Source: Balanoglossus misakiensis
Lineage: Eukaryota; Animalia; Hemichordata
Assembly (NCBI GenBank): GCA_040954595.2
Contig: CM082585.2
Span: 9,102,564 to 9,166,563 of the forward strand
Length of the DNA: 64,000 nucleotides
Direction: 5' to 3'
Shown here: piece by piece, positions 1 through 15,000 of the stretch
Layout: every line of letters begins with the position of its first letter
Position numbering within the stretch: the stretch's first letter is position 1
The notes under the pieces: generated by a model
Told to the model about the DNA's origin: nothing
The model's database searches: none
What the model saw: the letters and a program-made list of their open reading frames with translations, nothing else
Translations under genes and position numbers: made by a program

Positions 1-3000
1 AAAAATCGACGATTTTTCGACTTTGCGAATTTTCAAAATTTGGTCATTTTTTGAAAAAACCATGGGTTATAGCTCAGGAAAATGTTGAAAAATCGACGAT
101 TTTTCGACTTTGCGAATTTTCAAAATTTGGTCATTTTTTAAAAAAAACCATGGGTTATAGCTCAGGAAAATGTTGAAAAATCGACGATTTTTCGACTTTG
201 CGAATTTTCAAAATTTGGTCATTTTTTGAAAAAACCATGGGTTATAGCTCAGGAAAATGTTGAAAAATCGACGATTTTTCGACTTTGCGAATTTTCAAAA
301 TTTGGTCATTTTTTGAAAAAACCATGGGTTATAGCTCAGGAAAATGTTGAAAAATCGACGATTTTTCGACTTTGCGAATTTTCAAAATTTGGTCATTTTT
401 TGAAAAAACATGGGTTATAGCTCAGGAAAATGTTGAAAAATCGACGATTTTTCGACTTTGCGAATTTTCAAAATTTGGTCATTTTTTGAAAAAACCATGG
501 GTTATAGCTCAGGAAAATGTTGAAAAATCGACGATTTTTCGACTTTGCGAATTTTCAAAATTTGGTCATTTTTGAAAAAACCATGGGTTATAGCTCAGGA
601 TAATGTTGAAAAATCGACGATTTTTCGACTTTGCGAATTTTCAAAATTTGGTCATTTTTTGAAAAAAACATGGGTTATAGCTCAGGAAAATGTTGAAAAA
701 TCGACGATTTTTGGACTTTGCGAATTTTCAAAATTTGGTCATTTTTTGAAAAAACCATGGGTTATAGCTCAGGAAAATGTGAAAAATCGACGATTTTTGG
801 ACTTTGCGAATTTTCAAAATTTGGTCATTTTTTGAAAAAACCATGGGTTATAGCTCAGGAAAATGTTGAAAAATCGACGATTTTTCGACTTTGCGAATTT
901 TCAAAATTTGGTCATTTTTTGAAAAAACCATGGGTTATAGCTCAGGAAAATGTTGAAAAATCGACGATTTTCGACTTTGCGAATTTTCAAAATTTGGTCA
1001 TTTTTTGAAAAAACCATGGGTTATAGCTCAGGAAAATGTTGAAAAATCGACGATTTTTCGACTTTGCGAATTTTCAAAATTTGGTCATTTTTTGAAAAAA
1101 CCATGGGTTATAGCTCAGGAAAATGTTGAAAAATCGACGATTTTTCGACTTTGCGAATTTTCAAAATTTGGTCATTTTTTTGAAAAAACCATGGGTTATA
1201 GCTCAGGAAAATGTTGAAAAATCGACGATTTTTCGACTTTGCGAATTTTCAAAATTTGGTCATTTTTTGAAAAAACCATGGGTTATAGCTCAGGAAAATG
1301 TTGAAAAATCGACGATTTTTCGACTTTGCGAATTTTCAAAATTTGGTCATTTTTTGAAAAAAACCATGGGTTATAGCTCAGGAAAATGTTGAAAAATCGA
1401 CGATTTTTCGACTTTGCGAATTTTCAAAAATTTGGTCATTTTTTGAAAAAACCATGGGTTATAGCTCAGGATAATGTTGAAAAATCGACGATTTTTCGAC
1501 TTTGCGAATTTTCAAAATTTGGTCATTTTTTGAAAAAACCATGGGTTATAGCTCAGGAAAATGTTGAAAAATCGACGATTTTTCGACTTTGCGAATTTTC
1601 AAAATTTGGTCATTTTTTGAAAAAACCATGGGTTATAGCTCAGGAAAATGTTGAAAAATCGACGATTTTTCGACTTTGCGAATTTTCAAAATTTGGTCAT
1701 TTTTTGAAAAAACCATGGGTTATAGCTCAGGAAAATGTTGAAAAATCGACGATTTTTCGACTTTGCGAATTTTCAAAAATTTGGTCATTTTTTGAAAAAA
1801 CCATGGGTTATAGCTCAGGATAATGTTGAAAAATCGACGATTTTTCGACTTTGCGAATTTTCAAAATTTGGTCATTTTTTGAAAAAACCATGGGTTATAG
1901 CTCAGGAAAATGTTGAAAAATCGACGATTTTTGGACTTTGCGAATTTTCAAAATTTGGTCATTTTTTGAAAAACCATGGGTTATAGCTCAGGAAAATGTT
2001 GAAAAATCGACGATTTTTGGACTTTGCGAATTTTCAAAATTTGGTCATTTTTTGAAAAAACCATGGGTTATAGCTCAGGAAAATGTTGAAAAATCGACGA
2101 TTTTTGGACTTTGCGAATTTTCAAAATTTGGTCATTTTTTGAAAAAACCATGGGTTATAGCTCAGGAAAATGTTGAAAAATCGACGATTTTTCGACTTTG
2201 CGAATTTTCAAAATTTGGTCATTTTTTGAAAAAACCATGGGTTATAGCTCAGGAAAATGTTGAAAAATCGACGATTTTTCGACTTTGCGAATTTTCAAAA
2301 TTTGGTCATTTTTTGAAAAAACCATGGGTTATAGCTCAGGAAAATGTTGAAAAATCGACGATTTTTCGACTTTGCGAATTTTCAAAATTTGGTCATTTTT
2401 TGAAAAAACCATGGGTTATAGCTCAGGAAAATGTTGAAAAATCGACGATTTTTCGACTTTGCGAATTTTCAAAATTTGGTCATTTTTTGAAAAAACCATG
2501 GGTTATAGCTCAGGAAAATGTTGAAAAATCGACGATTTTTCGACTTTGCGAATTTTCAAAATTTGGTCATTTTTTGAAAAAACCATGGGTTATAGCTCAG
2601 GAAAATGTTGAAAAATCGACGATTTTTCGACTTTGCGAATTTTCAAAATTTGGTCATTTTTTGAAAAAACCATGGGTTATAGCTCAGGAAAATGTTGAAA
2701 AATCGACGATTTTTCGACTTTGCGAATTTTCAAAATTTGGTCATTTTTTGAAAAAACCATGGGTTATAGCTCAGGATAATGTTGAAAAATCGACGATTTT
2801 TCGACTTTGCGAATTTTCAAAATTTGGTCATTTTTTGAAAAAACCATGGGTTATAGCTCAGGAAAATGTTGAAAAATCGACGATTTTTGGACTTTGCGAA
2901 TTTTCAAAATTTGGTCATTTTTTGAAAAAACCATGGGTTATAGCTCAGGAAAATGTTGAAAAATCGACGATTTTTGGACTTTGCGAATTTTCAAAATTTG

Positions 3001-6000
3001 GTCATTTTTTGAAAAAACCATGGGTTATAGCTAAGGAAAATGTTGAAAAATCGACGATTTTTCGACTTTGCGAATTTTCAAAATTTGGTCATTTTTTGAA
3101 AAAACCATGGGTTATAGCTCAGGAAAATGTTGAAAAATCGACGATTTTTCGACTTTGCGAATTTTCAAAATTTGGTCATTTTTTGAAAAAACCATGGGTT
3201 ATAGCTCAGGAAAATGTTGAAAAATCGACGATTTTTCGACTTTGCGAATTTTCAAAATTTGGTCATTTTTGAAAAAACCATGGGTTATAGCTCAGGAAAA
3301 TGTTGAAAAATCGACGATTTTTCGACTTTGCGAATTTTCAAAATTTGGTCATTTTTTGAAAAAACCATGGGTTATAGCTCAGGAAAATGTTGAAAAATCG
3401 ACGATTTTTCGACTTTGCGAATTTTCAAAATTTGGTCATTTTTTGAAAAAACCATGGGTTATAGCTCAGGATAATGTTGAAAAATCGACGATTTTTCGAC
3501 TTTGCGAATTTTCAAAATTTGGTCATTTTTTGAAAAAACCATGGGTTATAGCTCAGGAAAATGTTGAAAAATCGACGATTTTTCGACTTTGCGAATTTTC
3601 AAAATTTGGTCATTTTTAAAAAAAACCATGGGTTATAGCTCAGGAAAATGTTGAAAAATCGACGATTTTCGACTTTGCGAATTTTCAAAATTTGGTCATT
3701 TTTTGAAAAAACCATGGGTTATAGCTCAGGAAAATGTTGAAAAATCGACGATTTTTCGACTTTGCGAATTTTCAAAATTTGGTCATTTTTTGAAAAAACC
3801 ATGGGTTATAGCTCAGGAAAATGTTGAAAAATCGACGATTTTTCGACTTTGCGAATTTTCAAAATTTGGTCATTTTTTGAAAAAACCATGGGTTATAGCT
3901 CAGGAAAATGTTGAAAAATCGACGATTTTTCGACTTTGCGAATTTTCAAAATTTGGTCATTTTTTGAAAAAACCATGGGTTATAGCTCAGGAAAATGTTG
4001 AAAAATCGACGATTTTTCGACTTTGCGAATTTTCAAAATTTGGTCATTTTTTGAAAAAACCATGGGTTATAGCTCAGGATAATGTTGAAAAATCGACGAT
4101 TTTTCGACTTTGCGAATTTTCAAAATTTGGTCATTTTTTGAAAAAACCATGGGTTATAGCTCAGGAAAATGTTGAAAAATCGACGATTTTTCGACTTTGC
4201 GAATTTTCAAAATTTGGTCATTTTTTTGAAAAAACCATGGGTTATAGCTCAGGAAAATGTTGAAAAATCGACGATTTTTCGACTTTGCGAATTTTCAAAA
4301 TTTGGTCATTTTTTGAAAAAACCATGGGTTATAGCTCAGGATAATGTTGAAAAATCGACGATTTTTCGACTTTGCGAATTTTCAAAATTTGGTCATTTTT
4401 TGAAAAAACCATGGGTTATAGCTCAGGAAAATGTTGAAAAATCGACGATTTTTGGACTTTGCGAATTTTCAAAATTTGGTCATTTTTTGAAAAAACCATG
4501 GGTTATAGCTCAGGAAAATGTTGAAAAATCGACGATTTTGACTTTGCGAATTTTCAAAATTTGGTCATTTTTTGAAAAAACCATGGGTTATAGCTCAGGA
4601 AAATGTTGAAAAATCGACGATTTTTGGACTTTGCGAATTTTCAAAATTTGGTCATTTTTTGAAAAAACCATGGGTTATAGCTCAGGAAAATGTTGAAAAA
4701 TCGACGGATTTTTCGACTTTGCGAATTTTCAAAATTTGGTCATTTTTTGAAAAAACCATGGGTTATAGCTCAGGAAAATGTTGAAAAATCGACGATTTTT
4801 CGACTTTGCGAATTTTCAAAATTTGGTCATTTTTTGAAAAAACCATGGGTTATAGCTCAGGAAAATGTTGAAAAATCGACGATTTTTCGACTTTGCGAAT
4901 TTTCAAAATTTGGTCATTTTTTGAAAAAACCATGGGTTATAGCTCAGGAAAATGTTGAAAAATCGACGATTTTTCGACTTTGCGAATTTTCAAAATTTGG
5001 TCATTTTTTGAAAAAACCATGGTTATAGCTCAGGAAAATGTTGAAAAATCGACGATTTTTCGACTTTGCGAATTTTCAAAATTTGGTCATTTTTTGAAAA
5101 AACCATGGTTATAGCTCAGGAAAATGTTGAAAAATCGACGATTTTTCGACTTTGCGAATTTTCAAAATTTGGTCATTTTTTGAAAAAACCATGGGTTATA
5201 GCTCAGGAAAATGTTGAAAAATCGACGATTTTTCGACTTTGCGAATTTTCAAAATTTGGTCATTTTTTGAAAAAACCATGGGTTATAGCTCAGGATAATG
5301 TTGAAAAATCGACGATTTTTCGACTTTGCGAATTTTCAAAATTTGGTCATTTTTTGAAAAAACCATGGGTTATAGCTCAGGAAAATGTTGAAAAATCGAC
5401 GATTTTTGGACTTTGCGAATTTTCAAAATTTGGTCATTTTTTGAAAAAACCATGGGTTATAGCTCAGGAAAATGTTGAAAAATCGACGATTTTTGGACTT
5501 TGCGAATTTTCAAAATTTGGTCATTTTTTGAAAAAACCATGGGTTATAGCTCAGGAAAATGTTGAAAAATCGACGATTTTTCGACTTTGCGAATTTTCAA
5601 AATTTGGTCATTTTTTGAAAAAACCATGGGTTATAGCTCAGGAAAATGTTGAAAAATCGACGATTTTTCGACTTTGCGAATTTTCAAAATTTGGTCATTT
5701 TTTGAAAAAACCATGGGTTATAGCTCAGGAAAATGTTGAAAAATCGACGATTTTTCGACTTTGCGAATTTTCAAAATTTGGTCATTTTTTTGAAAAAACC
5801 ATGGGTTATAGCTCAGGAAATGTTGAAAAATCGACGATTTTTCGACTTTGCGAATTTTCAAAATTTGGTCATTTTTTGAAAAAACCATGGGTTATAGCTC
5901 AGGAAAATGTTGAAAAATCGACGATTTTTCGACTTTGCGAATTTTCAAAATTTGGTCATTTTTTGAAAAAACCATGGGTTATAGCTCAGGAAAATGTTGA

Positions 6001-9000
6001 AAAATCGACGATTTTTCGACTTTGCGAATTTTCAAAATTTGGTCATTTTTTGAAAAAACCATGGGTTATAGCTCAGGAAAATGTTGAAAAATCGACGATT
6101 TTTCGACTTTGCGAATTTTCAAAATTTGGTCATTTTTTGAAAAAACCATGGGTTATAGCTCAGGAAAATGTTGAAAAATCGACGATTTTTCGACTTTGCG
6201 AATTTTCAAAATTTGGTCATTTTTTGAAAAAACCATGGGTTATAGCTCAGGAAAATGTTGAAAAATCGACGATTTTTCGACTTTGCGAATTTTCAAAATT
6301 TGGTCATTTTTTGAAAAAACCATGGGTTATAGCTCAGGAAAATGTTGAAAAATCGACGATTTTTCGACTTTGCGAATTTTTCAAAATTTGGTCATTTTTT
6401 GAAAAAACCATGGTTATAGCTCAGGAAAATGTTGAAAAATCGACGATTTTTCGACTTTGCGAATTTTCAAAATTTGGTCATTTTTTGAAAAAACCATGGG
6501 TTATAGCTCAGGAAAATGTTGAAAAATCGACGATTTTTCGACTTTGCGAATTTTCAAAATTTGGTCATTTTTTGAAAAAACCATGGGTTATAGCTCAGGA
6601 AAATGTTGAAAAATCGACGATTTTTCGACTTTGCGAATTTTCAAAATTTGGTCATTTTTTGAAAAAACCATGGGTTATAGCTCAGGAAAATGTTGAAAAA
6701 TCGACGATTTTTCGACTTTGCGAATTTTCAAAATTTGGTCATTTTTGAAAAAAACCATGGGTTATAGCTCAGGAAAATGTTGAAAATCGACGATTTTTCG
6801 ACTTTGCGAATTTTCAAAATTTGGTCATTTTTTGAAAAAACCATGGGTTATAGCTCAGGAAAATGTTGAAAAATCGACGATTTTTCGACTTTGCGAATTT
6901 TCAAAATTTGGTCATTTTTTGAAAAAACCATGGGTTATAGCTCAGGAAAATGTTGAAAAATCGACGATTTTTGGACTTTGCGAATTTTCAAAATTTGGTC
7001 ATTTTTTGAAAAAACCATGGGTTATAGCTCAGGAAAATGTTGAAAAATCGACGATTTTTCGACTTAGCGAATTTTCAAAATTTGGTCATTTTTTGAAAAA
7101 ACCATGGGTTATAGCTCAGGAAAATGTTGAAAAATCGACGATTTTTCGACTTTGCGAATTTTCAAAATTTGGTCATTTTTTGAAAAAAACATGGGTTATA
7201 GCTCAGGAAAATGTTGAAAAATCGACGATTTTTCGACTTTGCGAATTTTCAAAATTTGGTCATTTTTTGAAAAAACCATGGGTTATAGCTCAGGAAAATG
7301 TTGAAAAATCGACGATTTTTCGACTTTGCGAATTTTCAAAATTTGGTCATTTTTTGAAAAACCATGGGTTATAGCTCAGGAAAATGTTGAAAAATCGACG
7401 ATTTTTCGACTTTGCGAATTTTCAAAATTTGGTCATTTTTTGAAAAAACCATGGGTTATAGCTCAGGAAAATGTTGAAAAATCGACGATTTTTCGACTTT
7501 GCGAATTTTCAAAATTTGGTCATTTTTGAAAAAACCATGGGTTATAGCTCAGGAAAATGTTGAAAAATCGACGATTTTTCGACTTTGCGAATTTTCAAAA
7601 TTTGGTCATTTTTGAAAAACCATGGGTTATAGCTCAGGAAAATGTTGAAAAATCGACGATTTTTCGACTTTGCGAATTTTCAAAATTTGGTCATTTTTTG
7701 AAAAAACCATGGGTTATAGCTCAGGAAAATGTTGAAAAATCGACGATTTTTCGACTTTGCGAATTTTCAAAATTTGGTCATTTTTTGAAAAAACCATGGG
7801 TTATAGCTCAGGGAAAATGTTGAAAAATCGACGATTTTCGACTTTGCGAATTTTCAAAATTTGGTCATTTTTTGAAAAAACCATGGGTTATAGCTCAGTA
7901 AAATGTTGAAAAATCGACGATTTTTCGACTTTGCGAATTTTCAAAATTTGGTCATTTTTTGAAAAAACCATGGGTTATAGCTCAGTAAAATGTTGAAAAA
8001 TCGACGATTTTTCGACTTTGCGAATTTTCAAAATTTGGTCATTTTTTGAAAAAAACCATGGGTTATAGCTCAGGAAAATGTTGAAAAATCGACGATTTTC
8101 GACTTTGCGAATTTTCAAAATTTGGTCATTTTTTGAAAAAACCATGGGTTATAGCTCAGGAAAATGTTGAAAAATCGACGATTTTTCGACTTTGCGAATT
8201 TTCAAAATTTGGTCATTTTTTGAAAAAACCATGGGTTATAGCTCAGGAAAATGTTGAAAAATCGACGATTTTTGGACTTTGCGAATTTTCAAAATTTGGT
8301 CATTTTTTTGAAAAAAACCATGGGTTATAGCTCAGGAAAATGTTGAAAAATCGACGATTTTTGGACTTTGCGAATTTTCAAAATTTGGTCATTTTTTGAA
8401 AAAACCATGGGTTATAGCTCAGGAAAATGTTGAAAAATCGACGATTTTTCGACTTTGCGAATTTTCAAAATTTGGTCATTTTTTGAAAAACCATGGGTTA
8501 TAGCTCAGGAAAATGTTGAAAAATCGACGATTTTTCGACTTTGCGAATTTTCAAAATTTGGTCATTTTTTGAAAAAACCATGGGTTATAGCTCAGGAAAA
8601 TGTTGAAAAATCGACGATTTTTCGACTTTGCGAATTTTCAAAATTTGGTCATTTTTTGAAAAAACCATGGGTTATAGCTCAGGAAAATGTTGAAAAATCG
8701 ACGATTTTTGGACTTTGCGAATTTTCAAAATTTGGTCATTTTTTGAAAAAACCATGGGTTATAGCTCAGGAAAATGTTGAAAAATCGACGATTTTTCGAC
8801 TTTGCGAATTTTCAAAATTTGGTCATTTTTTGAAAAAAACCATGGGTTATAGCTCAGGAAAATGTTGAAAAATCGACGATTTTTGGACTTTGCGAATTTT
8901 CAAAATTTGGTCATTTTTTGAAAAAACCATGGGTTATAGCTCAGGAAAATGTTGAAAAATCGACGATTTTTCGACTTTGCGAATTTTCAAAATTTGGTCA

Positions 9001-12000
9001 TTTTTGAAAAAACCATGGGTTATAGCTCAGGAAAATGTTGAAAAATCGACGATTTTTCGACTTTGCGAATTTTCAAAATTTGGTCATTTTTTGAAAAAAC
9101 CATGGGTTATAGCTCAGGAAAATGTTGAAAAATCGACGATTTTTCGACTTTGCGAATTTTCAAAATTTGGTCATTTTTTGAAAAAACCATGGGTTATAGC
9201 TCAGGAAAATGTTGAAAAATCGACGATTTTTGGACTTTGCGAATTTTCAAAATTTGGTCATTTTTTGAAAAAACCATGGGTTATAGCTCAGGAAAATGTT
9301 GAAAAATCGACGATTTTTGGACTTTGCGAATTTTCAAAATTTGGTCATTTTTTGAAAAAACCATGGGTTATAGCTCAGGAAAATGTTGAAAAATCGACGA
9401 TTTTTCGACTTTGCGAATTTTCAAAATTTGGTCATTTTTTGAAAAAACCATGGGTTATAGCTCAGGAAAATGTTGAAAAATCGACGATTTTTCGACTTTG
9501 CGAATTTTCAAAATTTGGTCATTTTTTGAAAAATCCATGGGTTATAGCTCAGGAAAATGTTGAAAAATCGACGATTTTTCGACTTTGCGAATTTTCAAAA
9601 TTTGGTCATTTTTTGAAAAAACCATGGGTTATAGCTCAGGAAAATGTTGAAAAATCGACGATTTTTCGACTTTGCGAATTTTCAAAATTTGGTCATTTTT
9701 TGAAAAAACCATGGGTTATAGCTCAGGAAAATGTTGAAAAATCGACGATTTTTCGACTTTGCGAATTTTCAAAATTTGGTCATTTTTTGAAAAAACCATG
9801 GGTTATAGCTCAGGAAAATGTTGAAAAATCGACGATTTTTCGACTTTGCGAATTTTCAAAATTTGGTCATTTTTTGAAAAATCCATGGTTATAGCTCAGG
9901 AAAATGTTGAAAAATCGACGATTTTTCGACTTTGCGAATTTTCAAAATTTGGTCATTTTTTGAAAAAACCATGGGTTATAGCTCAGGAAAATGTTGAAAA
10001 ATCGACGATTTTTCGACTTTGCGAATTTTCAAAATTTGGTCATTTTTTGAAAAAACCATGGGTTATAGCTCAGGAAAATGTTGAAAAATCGACGATTTTT
10101 GGACTTTGCGAATTTTCAAAATTTGGTCATTTTTTGAAAAAACCATGGGTTATAGCTCAGGAAAATGTTGAAAAATCGACGATTTTTCGACTTTGCGAAT
10201 TTTCAAAATTTGGTCATTTTTTGAAAAAACCATGGGTTATAGCTCAGGAAAATGTTGAAAAATCGACGATTTTTCGACTTTGCGAATTTTCAAAATTTGG
10301 TCATTTTTTGAAAAAAACCATGGGTTATAGCTCAGGAAAATGTTGAAAAATCGACGATTTTTGGACTTTGCGAATTTTCAAAATTTGGTCATTTTTTGAA
10401 AAAACCATGGGTTATAGCTCAGGAAAATGTTGAAAAATCGACGATTTTTCGACTTTGCGAATTTTCAAAATTTGGTCATTTTTTGAAAAAACCATGGGTT
10501 ATAGCTCAGGAAAATGTTGAAAAATCGACGATTTTTCGACTTTGCGAATTTTCAAAATTTGGTCATTTTTTGAAAAAACCATGGGTTATAGCTCAGGAAA
10601 ATGTTGAAAAATCGACGATTTTTGGACTTTGCGAATTTTCAAAATTTGGTCATTTTTTGAAAAAACCATGGGTTATAGCTCAGGAAAATGTTGAAAAATC
10701 GACGATTTTTGGACTTTGCGAATTTTCAAAAATTTGGTCATTTTTTGAAAAAACCATGGGTTATAGCTCAGGAAAATGTTGAAAAATCGACGATTTTTCG
10801 ACTTTGCGAATTTTCAAAATTTGGTCATTTTTTGAAAAAACCATGGGTTATAGCTCAGGAAAATGTTGAAAAATCGACGATTTTTCGACTTTGCGAATTT
10901 TCAAAATTTGGTCATTTTTTGAAAAATCCATGGGTTATAGCTCAGGAAAATGTTGAAAAATCGACGATTTTGGACTTTGCGAATTTTCAAAATTTGGTCA
11001 TTTTTTGAAAAAACCATGGGTTATAGCTCAGGAAAATGTTGAAAAATCGACGATTTTTCGACTTTGCGAATTTTCAAAATTTGGTCATTTTTTGAAAAAA
11101 CCATGGGTTATAGCTCAGGAAAATGTTGAAAAATCGACGATTTTTGGACTTTGCGAATTTTCAAAATTTGGTCATTTTTTGAAAAAACCATGGGTTATAG
11201 CTCAGGAAAATGTTGAAAAATCGACGATTTTTGGACTTTGCGAATTTTCAAAATTTGGTCATTTTTTGAAAAAACCATGGGTTATAGCTCAGGAAAATGT
11301 TGAAAAATCGACGATTTTTCGACTTTGCGAATTTTCAAAATTTGGTCATTTTTTGAAAAAACCATGGGTTATAGCTCAGGAAAATGTTGAAAAATCGACG
11401 ATTTTTCGACTTTGCGAATTTTCAAAATTTGGTCATTTTTTGAAAAAACCATGGGTTATAGCTCAGGAAAATGTTGAAAAATCGACGATTTTTGGACTTT
11501 GCGAATTTTCAAAATTTGGTCATTTTTTGAAAAAACCATGGGTTATAGCTCAGGAAAATGTTGAAAAATCGACGATTTTTCGACTTTGCGAATTTTCAAA
11601 ATTTGGTCATTTTTTGAAAAACCATGGGTTATAGCTCAGGAAAATGTTGAAAAATCGACGATTTTTCGACTTTGCGAATTTTCAAAATTTGGTCATTTTT
11701 TGAAAAAACCATGGGTTATAGCTCAGGATAATGTTGAAAAATCGACGATTTTTCGACTTTGCGAATTTCAAAATTTGGTCATTTTTTGAAAAAACCATGA
11801 GTTATAGCTCAGGAAAATGTTGAAAAATCGACGATTTTTCGACTTTGCGAATTTTCAAAATTTGGTCATTTTTTGAAAAAACCATGGGTTATAGCTCAGG
11901 AAAATGTTGAAAAATCGACGATTTTTCGACTTTGCGAATTTTCAAAATTTGGTCATTTTTTGAAAAAACCATGGGTTATAGCTCAGGAAAATGTTGAAAA

Positions 12001-15000
12001 ATCGACGATTTTTCGACTTTGCGAATTTTCAAAATTTGGTCATTTTTTGAAAAAACCATGGGTTATAGCTCAGGAAAATGTTGAAAAATCGACGATTTTT
12101 GGACTTTGCGAATTTTCAAAATTTGGTCATTTTTTGAAAAAACCATGGGTTATAGCTCAGGAAAATGTTGAAAAATCGACGATTTTTCGACTTAGCGAAT
12201 TTTCAAAATTTGGTCATTTTTTGAAAAAACCATGGGTTATAGCTCAGGAAAATGTTGAAAAATCGACGATTTTTGGACTTTGCGAATTTTCAAAATTTGG
12301 TCATTTTTTGAAAAAACCATGGGTTATAGCTCAGGAAAATGTTGAAAAATCGACGATTTTTCGACTTTGCGAATTTTCAAAATTTGGTCATTTTTTGAAA
12401 AAACCATGGGTTATAGCTCAGGAAAATGTTGAAAAATCGACGATTTTTCGACTTTGCGAATTTTCAAAATTTGGTCATTTTTTGAAAAAACCATGGGTTA
12501 TAGCTCAGGAAAATGTTGAAAAATCGACGATTTTTCGACTTTGCGAATTTTCAAAATTTGGTCATTTTTTGAAAAAACCATGGGTTATAGCTCAGGAAAA
12601 TGTTGAAAAATCGACGATTTTTCGACTTTGCGAATTTTCAAAATTTGGTCATTTTTTGAAAAAACCATGGGTTATAGCTCAGGAAAATGTTGAAAAATCG
12701 ACGATTTTTCGACTTTGCGAATTTTCAAAATTTGGTCATTTTTTGAAAAAACCATGGGTTATAGCTCAGGAAAATGTTGAAAAATCGACGTTTTTTCGAC
12801 TTTGCGAATTTTCAAAATTTGGTCATTTTTTGAAAAAACCATGGGTTATAGCTCAGGAAAATGTTGAAAAATCGACGATTTTTCGACTTTGCGAATTTTC
12901 AAAATTTGGTCATTTTTTGAAAAAACCATGGGTTATATAGCTCAGGAAAATGTTGAAAAATCGACGATTTTTCGACTTTGCGAATTTTCAAAATTTGGTC
13001 ATTTTTTGAAAAAACCATGGGTTATAGCTCAGGAAAATGTTGAAAAATCGACGATTTTTCGACTTTGCGAATTTTCAAAATTTGGTCATTTTTTGAAAAA
13101 ACCATGGGTTATAGCTCAGGAAAATGTTGAAAAATCGACGATTTTTCGACTTTGCGAATTTTCAAAATTTGGTCATTTTTTGAAAAAACCATGGGTTATA
13201 GCTCAGGAAAATGTTGAAAAATCGACGATTTTTCGACTTTGCGAATTTTCAAAATTTGGTCATTTATTGAAAAAACCATGGGTTATAGCTCAGGAAAATG
13301 TTGAAAAATCGACGATTTTTCGACTTTGCGAATTTTCAAAATTTGGTCATTTATTGAAAAAACCATGGGTTATAGCTCAGGAAAATGTTGAAAAATCGAC
13401 GATTTTTGGACTTTGCGAATTTTCAAAATTTGGTCATTTTTTGAAAAAACCATGGGTTATAGCTCAGGAAAATGTTGAAAAATCGACGATTTTTGGACTT
13501 TGCGAATTTTCAAAATTTGGTCATTTTTTGAAAAAACCATGGGTTATAGCTCAGGAAAATGTTGAAAAATCGACGATTTTTGGACTTTGCGAATTTTCAA
13601 AATTTGGTCATTTTTTGAAAAAACCATGGTTATAGCTCAGGAAAATGTTGAAAAATCGACGATTTTTGGACTTTGCGAATTTTCAAAATTTGGTCATTTT
13701 TTAAAAAAACCATGGGTTATAGCTCAGGAAAATGTTGAAAAATCGACGATTTTTCGACTTTTCGAATTTTCAAAAATTTGGTCATTTTTTGAAAAAACCA
13801 TGGGTTATAGCTCAGGAAAATGTTGAAAAATCGACGATTTTTCGACTTTGCGAATTTTCAAAATTTGGTCATTTTTTGAAAAAACCATGGGTTATAGCTC
13901 AGGAAAATGTTGAAAAATCGACGATTTTTGGACTTTGCGAATTTTCAAAATTTGGTCATTTTTTGAAAAAACCATGGGTTATAGCTCAGGAAAATGTTGA
14001 AAAATCGACGATTTTTCGACTTTGCGAATTTTCAAAATTTGGTCATTTTTTGAAAAAACCATGGGTTATAGCTCAGGAAAATGTTGAAAAATCGACGATT
14101 TTTGGACTTTGCGAATTTTCAAAATTTGGTCATTTTTTGAAAAAACCATGGGTTATAGCTCAGGAAAATGTTGAAAAATCGACGATTTTTCGACTTTGCG
14201 AATTTTCAAAATTTGGTCATTTTTTGAAAAAACCATGGGTTATAGCTCAGGAAAATGTTGAAAAATCGACGATTTTTGGACTTTGCGAATTTTCAAAATT
14301 TGGTCATTTTTTGAAAAAACCATGGGTTATAGCTCAGGAAAATGTTGAAAAATCGACGATTTTTCGACTTTGCGAATTTTCAAAATTTGGTCATTTTTTG
14401 AAAAAACCATGGTTATAGCTCAGGAAAATGTTGAAAAATCGACGATTTTTCGACTTTGCGAATTTTCAAAATTTGGTCATTTTTTGAAAAAACCATGGGT
14501 TATAGCTCAGGAAAATGTTGAAAAATCGACGTTTTTTCGACTTTGCGAATTTTCAAAATTTGGTCATTTTTTGAAAAAACCATGGGTTATAGCTCAGGAA
14601 AATGTTGAAAAATCGACGATTTTTCGACTTTGCGAATTTTCAAAATTTGGTCATTTTTTGAAAAACCATGGGTTATATAGCTCAGGAAAATGTTGAAAAA
14701 TCGACGATTTTTCGACTTTGCGAATTTTCAAAATTTGGTCATTTTTTGAAAAAACCATGGGTTATAGCTCAGGAAAATGTTGAAAAATCGACGATTTTTC
14801 GACTTTGCGAATTTTCAAAATTTGGTCATTTTTTGAAAAAACCATGGGTTATAGCTCAGGAAAATGTTGAAAAATCGACGATTTTTCGACTTTGCGAATT
14901 TTCAAAATTTGGTCATTTTTTGAAAAAACCATGGGTTATAGCTCAGGAAAATGTTGAAAAATCGACGATTTTTGGACTTTGCGAATTTTCAAAATTTGGT

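Noticed and set aside
14-31. Possible CENP-B box (TTCG....CG) in the monomer
   Set aside because: TTCGACTTTGCGAA lacks the spacing and the A..CGGG positions of the canonical CENP-B box.
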